A stretch of 64,000 bases of DNA from a virus, in the IMG/VR virus record IMGVR_UViG_3300030012_001572, positions 1 to 64,000 of that record; one strand, written 5' to 3'. Below the pieces are notes generated by a model. It did not search any database and was not told the DNA's origin. It worked only from the letters and a program-made list of their open reading frames with translations. The position numbers were made by a program, and so were the translations under genes. Positions within the stretch are counted from its first letter, which is position 1. Every line of letters starts with the position of its first letter. Shown piece by piece: positions 17,854 through 27,300 of this stretch.

Positions 17854-18524
17854 TTACTATGACTATTAATCGTAAAAGATGTGGCATGTGCCAACATGAA
17901 GATAGAGAAGAACTTGAGTCTATGTTAGAAACAGGACAAACAACCTGCGATGAATTAGATGCACAGTTTGATTGGAGAAGTGGAACTGCCGCCCAACATC
18001 AAAGAAATCATATGGGTAATTACACTAAAGCATCAAATCCTCGTTGTAAGTTATGCACAGACCCAATGAGGAAACACTATGAACTTGCGATTAAAGAAGG
18101 TAATATATCAACGGAGGCTGTTTCTTCGGCCTTAGACATGACAAAAGAACAGGTTCAAAGACACATTAAGCACCACTTAACGCCAATCGTGCAGCAATCC
18201 GCAGCCGCTATCATAGCAAAAAAGGATGTAAATGAAGTTGAATTGCTATCAAACAATGTTGCTAAGTTAGATATGCGTTTAGAGCAGGTCTTTAATGATT
18301 TAGGAAATGATTTAGACCCTAAGATGATTGATGCCTTAACTAAGTTAGCAAGAGAGATTAGAGAATCTTTAAAGTATCTTATGGAATTTAAGGGTAAATT
18401 GATTCACAAGCGACAAGATACAATTATTGTCGCACAAATGCAAATTGTTCAAGAAGTGCTTGCACAGAACAATCCTGAGATTTGGCTTGATATTAAGAAA
18501 AGAATGCAGGAGAGATTACAATGA
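17850..18524 (+). CDS. Candidate terminase small subunit (two CxxC-H Zn/HTH repeats plus helical C-terminal region)
   Basis: CGMCQH...HQRNH and CKLCTD...HIKHH repeats, then a coiled coil; lies upstream of TerL. Confidence 0.5.
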   Translation: MITMTINRKRCGMCQHEDREELESMLETGQTTCDELDAQFDWRSGTAAQHQRNHMGNYTKASNPRCKLCTDPMRKHYELAIKEGNISTEAVSSALDMTKEQVQRHIKHHLTPIVQQSAAAIIAKKDVNEVELLSNNVAKLDMRLEQVFNDLGNDLDPKMIDALTKLAREIRESLKYLMEFKGKLIHKRQDTIIVAQMQIVQEVLAQNNPEIWLDIKKRMQERLQ

Positions 18525-18967
18525 GTTGGCAATCTATTCTTAAAATAAGTCAAGATGATGCTTGGAGAATGGTTCAAGCACATATGGCTGAAGATAGAAT
18601 AATGCGACCAAAAAGAAAAGAAAATCATCCCCTTCGCCAAAAAGAGAAACAATTGTATAAAGATTTAAGAGCAAGATTAACAAGAGAATTAGGCCCAGAA
18701 CCTAAAGAACCTAAAGATTACATACATGACCATCCTTATTACAAATGGCACAGAACATGGAATGATTCACCCGAACAAAAGGAAATATGGGCAATACAAA
18801 GAAAAATAGATTTTGAATACCAACATGGAGTGGGTTTCTTTCAAGGGCAAGAACCTGAAGATATTACACCGTTTCATGGATTTAAACAACCTAAATTTGA
18901 TGAAGCCTTTTATAGAGAAAAAGGTTATGAACCTCCACAAAATAAAAAACACATGAAAAGGGATTAA
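18521..18967 (+). CDS. Hypothetical protein with tag
   Basis: MSWQSILKI. Confidence 0.8.
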   Translation: MSWQSILKISQDDAWRMVQAHMAEDRIMRPKRKENHPLRQKEKQLYKDLRARLTRELGPEPKEPKDYIHDHPYYKWHRTWNDSPEQKEIWAIQRKIDFEYQHGVGFFQGQEPEDITPFHGFKQPKFDEAFYREKGYEPPQNKKHMKRD

Positions 18968-18968
18968 A

Positions 18969-19289
18969 ATGACTTGGTGGGATATAATTAAAGTTTCCAA
19001 AGTGAAACGAAAGATTAAACAGAAGATGAAAGAACTCGGCTATAAAATAGTTGATGAAGATGATTCAAGAGCGCATGGAGGCGCAATTGCTTTTCTTGAA
19101 CCATATCCACATGAAGGACATGAAAAGATTCACCCACACAAGTATTTTCCAGCAGGTTCTCCTAAGAATTTACCGAATCTTTTAAGAAGATTACCTGCAA
19201 AACTTCGCAATCAAACAAGAAGGGGATTTAGACCAAAGACGGGAAGTATTAACTATGACGACTATTTAAGAGAAAGAGGGAAGGCTTAG
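18969..19289 (+). CDS. Basic protein with tag, weak HicA-like pattern
   Basis: MTWWDIIKV; MKELGYKIV....SRAHG. Confidence 0.6.
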   Translation: MTWWDIIKVSKVKRKIKQKMKELGYKIVDEDDSRAHGGAIAFLEPYPHEGHEKIHPHKYFPAGSPKNLPNLLRRLPAKLRNQTRRGFRPKTGSINYDDYLRERGKA

Positions 19290-19290
19290 A

Positions 19291-21516
19291 ATGAATTGGT
19301 TTAATGTTGTCAAAATTATCGGTATGCCTATGAGTAGGATATTTTTATCCAATATCGTAGTCAATAGAGCCGAGTTTGAAAACACATTAAACAAATTAAG
19401 AAGCCTACAAAAAGTTCCTAGTCGTCTTCAAGGCATAATAAATAATGATAAGTCACACAAATCTTATTATGATGAAGGAGTAAAAGCAAATACTACTGAA
19501 ATTGACCTGTCTGAAGAAGAATCAAAAGAAATGTTTGATGAAATGCTACAAATTATGGCAGAAAAAACAAAAGAATTTACTCCTAGAAAATATTATACCA
19601 TTGAAAGGACTAGAAAATTACTTTCTGAAGCAATTGAAGCCAAAAATTCTGATGAAAAAGACAAAGTTGCTGAAATTGTGTTAGAGATTATCGAAAATAA
19701 TCCTTCAAGAGCGCAATTTTGGGCTGAAAATATCCCCGAAAGAGAAAGATTGGACTTTTTAAAAGAATATTTAGAAGAAACTGAAGGAAAATCCCATCTT
19801 TTCTTTGAAAATCCACCTTCAAACAAGAAAATTTTAACAGATTTTGCTGAAATGATTGGCGGAACAGTAAAAGATGACAAAATTTTAGTAAATTTTGACT
19901 CTCAAACCGATTTAGTGCGAATTTTGCGACCCCAAGACCAAGATTCCGAAGAAACAATCAAATTAAAAGATAAAAAACTTAAATTTTACAATGAAAACAT
20001 AAGACCTCTCAAACCTAAACTCAAAAAAGGAACAGTAACTACTACAATTGATTCAAGATTGCTAGAAGCAAAAGAATTGAACATTAGAGGGGCTAAATAT
20101 CAGATTGTTGGAGAGTTTGACGAGCGTTCAGTCTTTAAATACATTGAAATTGTTGAAGGATTAAAAAATTCTAAAAGAATATGGATGCCCAAAGAACTCG
20201 CTAATGGTGATTCTTTGCCTAAAGATGATGGATTAATTTTTCTTCCAAGACAAAGCGGAAATGTTAAGTCTCTTATCCTAAATCCTTATACTTCTATTAT
20301 TCTAAACAGTAGTTTTGGTGATAAAGACTCATGGTTCAAAACATTTTTTGGTGCTTTGCGAACAAATGAAGTTTTAACTGATGATGAAGTAGAACAAATA
20401 ATTATTGATGATATTTCTCTTGCTTTAATAAATAATAGTGATGAAAGTAGATTAAAAATAAGAACTGCGTCTTTTTCAAGACTACCTAAAATAAGAAATC
20501 TTATTTTAACTATTACTGACCAAAGGACTCTTAAAAAAAGATTAAATGAAATGATTAGACAAATTATTTCTGAAAATCAAGGAGAAGGTAGTTTAGGAGA
20601 AGAACTAACTAAAAAGAAACTATCTCTCCGTAGGGAACAACTTTCTTTACTTGATAAATACTTTAGCATAAAAGAGGGCGATAAAATCGCCCCTCTTTTA
20701 AAAGAAGAATATGGCGAAGATGATGTAGATATTTTATATTACGATTCAGGAGGAAATCCTGTTGATTCTAAAAATGATGCTTTTTATGTTGATTTTGATA
20801 TTTATGGGGATAGAATAAATCCTTCTAACATCAAAGAATATATACAGAAAGAAATCAAATTAACCGAAACCCAAAGAAGTAGGCCAGCAAGAGGACTTGA
20901 ACTCGCATTAAAAGAATTAAAAGGCCTTTTAGAAAAATTACCCGAATCTGATAAATCTAAACAAATAAAAGACAAACTAAGAGAATCCTATAAAAAAGAT
21001 ATTGCTAGACTAGAACAAGCAATAAAAGACAGAAAGGATAAACCTGCATCTATTAAAGAATCAGAAAATAAAATACAACAACTAAGACAGGACTTAGTTA
21101 GACCAACTAATTTTGTTGATTATGTTATTTCTGTTGCTTCTAAGGAATCCATAAATAAATTAATAGATACTCCGCTAAGTAGTGCTTCTTCATTAGAACA
21201 GATTAGCCCCAAAAATAGTTTAATCTATCTTACTTACATGGCGGAACGGGTCGCTGACGATGTAGTGGGAGAAGCGTTTAATAAAATAAACGATAACCCC
21301 AATTCAGACGAGGCGAAAGAGGTTCTTACAAAACTTAATGATGAAATACCTAAACTATTAGGGGATATTAAAACAAATGTCATTGGTGCATTCAAAAACC
21401 GACTTCAATTCTTCTTAGATAATTACGGACAAAAATTCCAAAATAAAACTAATAAAATTCAAGTAGCACCAGCACTTAAAGCATTTATAAACGCTAACAT
21501 GATTCAGGAGGTTTAG
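19291..21516 (+). CDS. Large hypothetical protein with tag
   Basis: MNWFNVVKI; 741 aa. Confidence 0.85.
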   Translation: MNWFNVVKIIGMPMSRIFLSNIVVNRAEFENTLNKLRSLQKVPSRLQGIINNDKSHKSYYDEGVKANTTEIDLSEEESKEMFDEMLQIMAEKTKEFTPRKYYTIERTRKLLSEAIEAKNSDEKDKVAEIVLEIIENNPSRAQFWAENIPERERLDFLKEYLEETEGKSHLFFENPPSNKKILTDFAEMIGGTVKDDKILVNFDSQTDLVRILRPQDQDSEETIKLKDKKLKFYNENIRPLKPKLKKGTVTTTIDSRLLEAKELNIRGAKYQIVGEFDERSVFKYIEIVEGLKNSKRIWMPKELANGDSLPKDDGLIFLPRQSGNVKSLILNPYTSIILNSSFGDKDSWFKTFFGALRTNEVLTDDEVEQIIIDDISLALINNSDESRLKIRTASFSRLPKIRNLILTITDQRTLKKRLNEMIRQIISENQGEGSLGEELTKKKLSLRREQLSLLDKYFSIKEGDKIAPLLKEEYGEDDVDILYYDSGGNPVDSKNDAFYVDFDIYGDRINPSNIKEYIQKEIKLTETQRSRPARGLELALKELKGLLEKLPESDKSKQIKDKLRESYKKDIARLEQAIKDRKDKPASIKESENKIQQLRQDLVRPTNFVDYVISVASKESINKLIDTPLSSASSLEQISPKNSLIYLTYMAERVADDVVGEAFNKINDNPNSDEAKEVLTKLNDEIPKLLGDIKTNVIGAFKNRLQFFLDNYGQKFQNKTNKIQVAPALKAFINANMIQEV

Positions 21517-21518
21517 TA

Positions 21519-24014
21519 ATGACATATACAGATGATGATTTAGACAGAATTATTTCTTTAACTGGTGGCGCAAAAGGCAAGGCCATTAAAACAATAATGG
21601 ATAAAGAAGTGGACAGGCTTAAATTAGAAGCACAAAGAGCAGATGATGAAGAAGAAGCCCGCAAATTGATTCCTGAAAAGAGAAAAAAATATAAAGATGC
21701 TCTAATGGAAGCAATTAAAACAAGAAAGCAAACTACTGGAAAAGGAACAGGGCAACTTAATGTTTTAGCAAAAATTATTGATATGAACATTTTTCACAAC
21801 GGAAATCTTATTTCAGCCGCTACTCTTGTTGAAAATGATTTAACAGGACAGTTAGAGATTAGAAATCCAAAGCCTAAAATCTTTGAAAATAATGCTTTTT
21901 CTTCTGAATTAAACGCATCTGGAAATCTAGGACGCAACCTTAAAAGAATAAAAGAAATAATTGAAGACCAAAATGTTGAAGCGAAAGATGTTGAGATTAC
22001 AAGTAATTTTCCAGTAGATAGATTCTTAGGTTCTATTGATGCTTCTAAAGGAAGTAAAAGAAAAGATATTTATGATTATTGGAACTCTATTGCTAACATA
22101 TTTCCTGAATTAAAGAAAGATGCTGAAGAATTATTGGATGCTGTAAGCAAAGATGATGATTTACCTCAAGAACTGAAAGATGATTTTGAAAGAATCTTTG
22201 ATATGGAAGATTTTGACAGATTAGAATATGTTGCAAAATTCCCTCTTGCTAAGGGAGAAGTTCTTGAAGCAAGGCATCGTTTCTTTAATATCGTTGCAGG
22301 ATTAATTTCTGCTGAAAGACTATTTGATGCTGAAACAATTAAAGGTAAAGGATTTGACGATGATGATGTAGGGGCGGGGGATATTACTGGTGAATTAATG
22401 AGAGAAATGGCTCAAGGTATTGAAGATGCTATTGACTCTAATATAGGATATGATTCTAAAGACCCTCAAAATAATACTACTCCTAAAGGATGGAATGATG
22501 AAATTGATATGACATTGATTGATGAAGGGGTAGAATGGCTTAATGATGTTTCTATTCTTCAAGCACAGGCTGACCCATTGTTAATGTATGAAAACAACAG
22601 GGGAGGAAAACTTCTCTCAATAACCAAAGAAGGAGAAGAAGATTTAGTTGATTTATTAGATGCTGCGCTCGATGAAGTAGAAGAAGCAGAAGAAAGAGAT
22701 GGAAAAAGAATAACAGGATTTACCACTTCTTTAGACTTTAAGACTGACCTTGAAAATTGGTTAGAACAAACAAAAGACACTCTTACTTTGGATAATGATG
22801 TTGAATTTTGGTTGCCTATATCTGTAATGGATAATGCTGATTTTGATGATTTATACCCCGATACAAAATATTTTAATGGTTTGTCTGGAGAATTTATTAA
22901 TCTTGATAATCTACAAGAAATAGAAGATTTCTTTGAAGATATGTATGATTTACTTTCAAAAGGCATTATTGCTTATGCTTCTGACATTAGAACCTCTAAA
23001 GGAAGAAGAAGGGGAACTGATATGCGGGAAACCATGCGTGGAATTGGTAGAACTAATAGATTAGCCCAAGCAGCAAAAAGGCAGTATAGAAAAGTAGAAT
23101 CAATAGATTCAGAAATAAAAGAAGATTTGTTAAGTGATTCTATTAAAGGAGCGTTAGAAAAGTTTATGGAAACTGCTTTAGATTATTACTTTACTCCTGC
23201 ATATAGCGGTAGATTGACTATTCAAATACCGAGTTTCATGGGAAGTATTGGAGGAAAAGTCATGCAAACTCTTTCTTTAGATTTAGGACTCGAAACCGTC
23301 ATGTCTGGTTCTTATAAAAAATTAATGAGAGGTTCTGCTAAATCTTTCAAAGCGACTGATTTAAAAAATATAGCAGACTTCTTAGAAATGATTTTCTTAA
23401 AATCTATTAAGATTGATGCTTTCCTTATTGCATCTGCTGAAAGAGCAGCAAGGTCATTAACAAAAATATTTGGGAAAAGGGAAGAAAATAATCAATATTT
23501 TGCTGGTTTAATCCATCACTTTATGGTTGAAACAAAAGATAGAGAAAGAGAAAATAAAAAGTTTAATGGGACTCCTATTAAAGAATTAGCGGAGAAGTTT
23601 GACTTCGGTTATCGTTCAAGGAGAGCATATCCTATATTTGCTTTACCTCATTGGTTAGACATGAATCAAGGATTGATTACTCAAAAGAATCCTAGAGCAA
23701 AGTCTGAATATAATAGATTAAAAACTGTCTTTGAGCAAGTTCAAGCAGATTTACCCGTTCTTATTCATAAGATGTTAGAGGCGCACGATGTTATTCGTGA
23801 ACAATTAGGTTTACCTGTTATTCATGGGTTCTTCCCGTTAAACACTATTGGTTATGATACTATGATAAATAAGATGCAAGTAGAAGATAATATAGACTTA
23901 AGCACCTATGAAGTAGAAACAATAGTTAAAGCGTTAGACTCACATCAAAATATCTCAAAAGAATTTGGAATCAGCACAGAACAAGTTTATGCAATTAAAG
24001 CACACTTTAGGTGA
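21519..24014 (+). CDS. Large acidic hypothetical protein with possible C-terminal HTH
   Basis: 831 aa; ends SHQNISKEFGISTEQVYAIKAHFR. Confidence 0.85.
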   Translation: MTYTDDDLDRIISLTGGAKGKAIKTIMDKEVDRLKLEAQRADDEEEARKLIPEKRKKYKDALMEAIKTRKQTTGKGTGQLNVLAKIIDMNIFHNGNLISAATLVENDLTGQLEIRNPKPKIFENNAFSSELNASGNLGRNLKRIKEIIEDQNVEAKDVEITSNFPVDRFLGSIDASKGSKRKDIYDYWNSIANIFPELKKDAEELLDAVSKDDDLPQELKDDFERIFDMEDFDRLEYVAKFPLAKGEVLEARHRFFNIVAGLISAERLFDAETIKGKGFDDDDVGAGDITGELMREMAQGIEDAIDSNIGYDSKDPQNNTTPKGWNDEIDMTLIDEGVEWLNDVSILQAQADPLLMYENNRGGKLLSITKEGEEDLVDLLDAALDEVEEAEERDGKRITGFTTSLDFKTDLENWLEQTKDTLTLDNDVEFWLPISVMDNADFDDLYPDTKYFNGLSGEFINLDNLQEIEDFFEDMYDLLSKGIIAYASDIRTSKGRRRGTDMRETMRGIGRTNRLAQAAKRQYRKVESIDSEIKEDLLSDSIKGALEKFMETALDYYFTPAYSGRLTIQIPSFMGSIGGKVMQTLSLDLGLETVMSGSYKKLMRGSAKSFKATDLKNIADFLEMIFLKSIKIDAFLIASAERAARSLTKIFGKREENNQYFAGLIHHFMVETKDRERENKKFNGTPIKELAEKFDFGYRSRRAYPIFALPHWLDMNQGLITQKNPRAKSEYNRLKTVFEQVQADLPVLIHKMLEAHDVIREQLGLPVIHGFFPLNTIGYDTMINKMQVEDNIDLSTYEVETIVKALDSHQNISKEFGISTEQVYAIKAHFR

Positions 24015-24018
24015 TAAT

Positions 24019-24225
24019 ATGACATGGGAAGAAATATTAAAGAAGAAAAAGAAGAAATCTACTGTAAATCAGTCTGGAAACTATACAAAACCTGGAATGC
24101 GGAAAAGAATCTTTAATAGGATTAAAGCAGGAACAAAGGGCGGTGCAGCAGGTCAATGGTCTGCAAGAAAAGCACAAATGCTTGCTCAAGCGTATAAAAG
24201 GGCTGGTGGTGGCTATAAAAATTAA
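24019..24225 (+). CDS. Small basic protein with tag (GQWSARKAQ family, DUF5872-like N-half from memory)
   Basis: GGTGA RBS, MTWEEILKK; GGAAGQWSARKAQMLAQAYKRAGGGY. Confidence 0.8.
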   Translation: MTWEEILKKKKKKSTVNQSGNYTKPGMRKRIFNRIKAGTKGGAAGQWSARKAQMLAQAYKRAGGGYKN

Positions 24226-24490
24226 TTGGCGTAAAATTCTAAAAGCCAAATCAAAAAGGCAACAGGATTTATCTACTTGGACTGATGAAGATTGGGGAAG
24301 TGCTGAACAACACCGAGCAAAAGCAAAAGGAAAAAAAGCACCATCTAAGACTAAAGGAAGATATATGCCGAAATCAACCTATCAAAAAACAGATAAAAAA
24401 ACCTTAAGGTATCAAGACGCAAAGAAGAGAAAAGGTCGCAAAAAAGGTATTCAGCATGTTCCAACAGGAAAGAAGTTTAGTCAAAAGTGA
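24221..24490 (+). CDS. Small basic protein with tag (DUF5872-like C-half from memory); probable ATT start
   Basis: (M)NWRKILKA...QQDLSTWTDEDWG...GRYMPK; alternative GTG start at 24209. Confidence 0.7.
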   Translation: MNWRKILKAKSKRQQDLSTWTDEDWGSAEQHRAKAKGKKAPSKTKGRYMPKSTYQKTDKKTLRYQDAKKRKGRKKGIQHVPTGKKFSQK

Positions 24491-24492
24491 TT

Positions 24493-24834
24493 ATGATGTG
24501 GCAAAAAATCTTAAAGGCTGACCCAAAGAAAGGAACAGGCAAGAAACCAAAAGGTTCAGCAAGAAGATTATATACAGATGAAAACCCAAAAGATACTGTT
24601 CCTGTGAAGTTTAAAACAGCAAAAGATGTAAGAGAAACATTTGCAAGTTCAGCGTTCAAATCAAAGACACATAAGAGACAATCACAAATAATTAACTTAG
24701 TTGAACAAAGAGCAAGAGTAGCGGCTAAAAGAGCAAAAGACCCCGAAGCAAAAAAGAGATTAAATGCTGCACATAAAGTTGCTTTAGCAAGAAAAGAATC
24801 AAGCAAAAGAAAAACGGAGAGGATGAAAGCATGA
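24493..24834 (+). CDS. Small basic protein with tag
   Basis: MMWQKILKADPKKGTGKKPKGSARRLYTDENPKDTV. Confidence 0.8.
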   Translation: MMWQKILKADPKKGTGKKPKGSARRLYTDENPKDTVPVKFKTAKDVRETFASSAFKSKTHKRQSQIINLVEQRARVAAKRAKDPEAKKRLNAAHKVALARKESSKRKTERMKA

Positions 24835-25181
24835 GTTGGAAAAACATACTAAAAGCACAGCCTTTAACGCCCGAAGAAGAAAAAGAAGTTCAGGAGTTAA
24901 TGCGATTTGAAAATCTAATGCGTGAAGAAGCAGAAAAAAAGATTAGAAGAAAAGCAGGTAAAATGGCAAGGCAAAGGCTTCCCGTTGGAAGAATGGTCAA
25001 AGAAGATATTGAAGAAGAAATTCTTGAAGAAGTAAAGGAAGAAGGTGGGGCTTTAGGCATGAAAAATCTAAAGGATATTGCTGATAAGAAAAAACTGAAA
25101 GAAACTATTTCTGATATGAAAGAAGAAGGAAAGTTGTTTGAGCATAAACATGGAGATTTCTATACGCATCAGCCAAAGTAG
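24831..25181 (+). CDS. Hypothetical protein with tag
   Basis: MSWKNILKA; possible C-terminal winged helix. Confidence 0.8.
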   Translation: MSWKNILKAQPLTPEEEKEVQELMRFENLMREEAEKKIRRKAGKMARQRLPVGRMVKEDIEEEILEEVKEEGGALGMKNLKDIADKKKLKETISDMKEEGKLFEHKHGDFYTHQPK

Positions 25182-25191
25182 AGGGAATTAA

Positions 25192-25767
25192 ATGAGTTGG
25201 TTTTCTATTCTCAAAAAGAGAAAGTGGGAAGGAACACTTTCCAAAAAGAAAACTAATATGTTAAAAAGAACTCCTAAAATTAAAATAAATATTCCTAAAC
25301 TTAGTTATCCAAAAGAAGAAACAGAAATACCAGCGATAATTAAAATAATGAGTAAAAAGAAATTAAATCCTAAACAAATGAAAGATGCTGACCTTAAACC
25401 TGAAAAAGAGATGTTTGATATTGTAGGTGCAGATAGAAAAGACTATGAAGATTTAATTAAAGATATAAACTATTATGCTATGTCATTAAAAATGAAATAT
25501 CAAAGACCCCGACCACATCAGATAAGTGATAAAATAGGTTCAACCAAAACAAAAACAGACGATACTCCTGCATTTCCAAGTGGACACTCAATGGCGGCTC
25601 ATGGTTTAGAAAAAGCGTTAGGTAAAAAATACCCCAACAAGAAGAAAGAATTAAAAGAAATGGCTGATAGAATTTCACTATCAAGAATACAGATGGGAAG
25701 TCATTATCCAAGTGATATTCAAGTAGGAAAAAAATTAGGTCATATGATAGGTGATGCTTATGAATGA
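25192..25767 (+). CDS. PAP2 / haloperoxidase-superfamily phosphatase with tag
   Basis: MSWFSILKK; catalytic motifs KMKYQRPRP, FPSGH and SRIQMGSHYPSD. Confidence 0.88.
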   Translation: MSWFSILKKRKWEGTLSKKKTNMLKRTPKIKINIPKLSYPKEETEIPAIIKIMSKKKLNPKQMKDADLKPEKEMFDIVGADRKDYEDLIKDINYYAMSLKMKYQRPRPHQISDKIGSTKTKTDDTPAFPSGHSMAAHGLEKALGKKYPNKKKELKEMADRISLSRIQMGSHYPSDIQVGKKLGHMIGDAYE

Positions 25768-26050
25768 ATGGCAAGAAATTCTTAAAAAGAAAAAGAAACC
25801 CTTCAAGGGTTATAATAAAAAAATTCATGCAAGAACAGGCGGATTAAGTGCTAAAGGTCGTGCTAAGTTTAAGCGTGAACAAGGTTCTAATTTAAAGCCA
25901 CCAGTTACTACTAAACCAAGTAAATTAAAAAGAGGCAGCAAAGCAGCAAAAAGGCGTAAATCTTTTTGTGCTAGGTCAAGAGGATTTAAACGGGCTGATG
26001 GAACTTACAGCGAAAAAGCCAAAGCAGCAAGAAGAAGGTGGAATTGCTAG
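25760..26050 (+). CDS. Small basic protein with tag
   Basis: MNEWQEILKK; GGLSAKGR...RRKSFCARS...RRWNC resembles a family common in marine phages (from memory). Confidence 0.8.
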   Translation: MNEWQEILKKKKKPFKGYNKKIHARTGGLSAKGRAKFKREQGSNLKPPVTTKPSKLKRGSKAAKRRKSFCARSRGFKRADGTYSEKAKAARRRWNC

Positions 26051-27300
26051 TGAAAGTTTTACCTGCGATATTTTCATATGAAGATATGAAAAGAAGGTTT
26101 GCTCAGGATAATCCTGACGACCCATATACTCGCAGGGCTGATTTAGAAAGTGGTATTTATGAATTAGATAGTTGGCTTATTAGAGTTGATGATAACGATA
26201 AAGCCATTTCAACAGTTGGTTTCAAGGAACACCCATCACATACCGTTGTTGGTGGAATGTATGCTACTGAATATGGAGAAAGTATAGGTGGTAATAGCAA
26301 AGCATTACAAGATGCAAGAGAACCACAATTAAACCCATCAAAACCGTTAGTTGCTTCTTTTAAACATAGGCGTGGAGATAATGCCCGTTGGATTGCTAAT
26401 GCAAAAAAGAACGGCTGGTCTTTTCCAGATAGTGAAAATTGGGAGCAAATGAGCAGTTTATTACCTAAAGATGTTCTAAATGCTTGGCTTTCAAAATATC
26501 CCGAAACTATGGCTATTCGTCCTATTCGTGATGAAGGACAAATGGCTAAGTGTGTTTATCTTGACGACCCTACCCCACAATGGTTTAGCCTAATGAAAAG
26601 CAATTACAAAAGACAGTTAGGCAGTTCAGGTTTTAATGTTATTAGAACAAGTGATGGTAAAAGAATGAATAGTAAAGGTCTTTCTCGTTCTCAAGCAAAA
26701 TCTATGATTGATGATTTAAATTCAGGTAAAGATGTTAGCCGTTATCAAAAGAAAAAGAAATCTATTACTGGTGGGTGGAAAGGACAATTAAGAAAGTTTT
26801 ATCCTAATCATCTATATGGACAAGACCCAAGACCAAAAGACAAAGCATCAGAAGGTTATGCAGAAACAAAGCAATTTGATAAAACAGGTATTATTTTTAT
26901 GCCTCACTTTATGCATTCTAAAAAAACTAGATACCGTAATCTAAGACACCGACCAATTGATTCAGCCATAGAACAGACTTTGTTAAATCTATCCGAAGGA
27001 AAGTATTGGTGTTATATTAATGATAGTCCTAGTGATAAAAGTTATTTGATACTAGAAGTATTAGGTGCTTCTAAAAAATTACCTAGAACAAAAGTAACTG
27101 TTAGTTCTTTATTAGATGATAAAGGTAATAATTATACTAAAGCAATAGCAATAACCCATATTAATGACGGGCATCCTTATCCTCCGTATGAAAGATTAGA
27201 TATTTTATATAATGGTCTTAAGCGTAATCATAGAGAAAAAGGTTCAAGAAGAAGACCTGATGAACCAACAAATCCGTTTAATATGGGTGGTAGAAGATGA
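26038..27300 (+). CDS. Multi-domain hypothetical protein with internal tag-like motifs
   Basis: 420 aa; internal WFSLMKS and WKGQLRKF; start may be GTG 26050. Confidence 0.75.
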   Translation: MELLVKVLPAIFSYEDMKRRFAQDNPDDPYTRRADLESGIYELDSWLIRVDDNDKAISTVGFKEHPSHTVVGGMYATEYGESIGGNSKALQDAREPQLNPSKPLVASFKHRRGDNARWIANAKKNGWSFPDSENWEQMSSLLPKDVLNAWLSKYPETMAIRPIRDEGQMAKCVYLDDPTPQWFSLMKSNYKRQLGSSGFNVIRTSDGKRMNSKGLSRSQAKSMIDDLNSGKDVSRYQKKKKSITGGWKGQLRKFYPNHLYGQDPRPKDKASEGYAETKQFDKTGIIFMPHFMHSKKTRYRNLRHRPIDSAIEQTLLNLSEGKYWCYINDSPSDKSYLILEVLGASKKLPRTKVTVSSLLDDKGNNYTKAIAITHINDGHPYPPYERLDILYNGLKRNHREKGSRRRPDEPTNPFNMGGRR

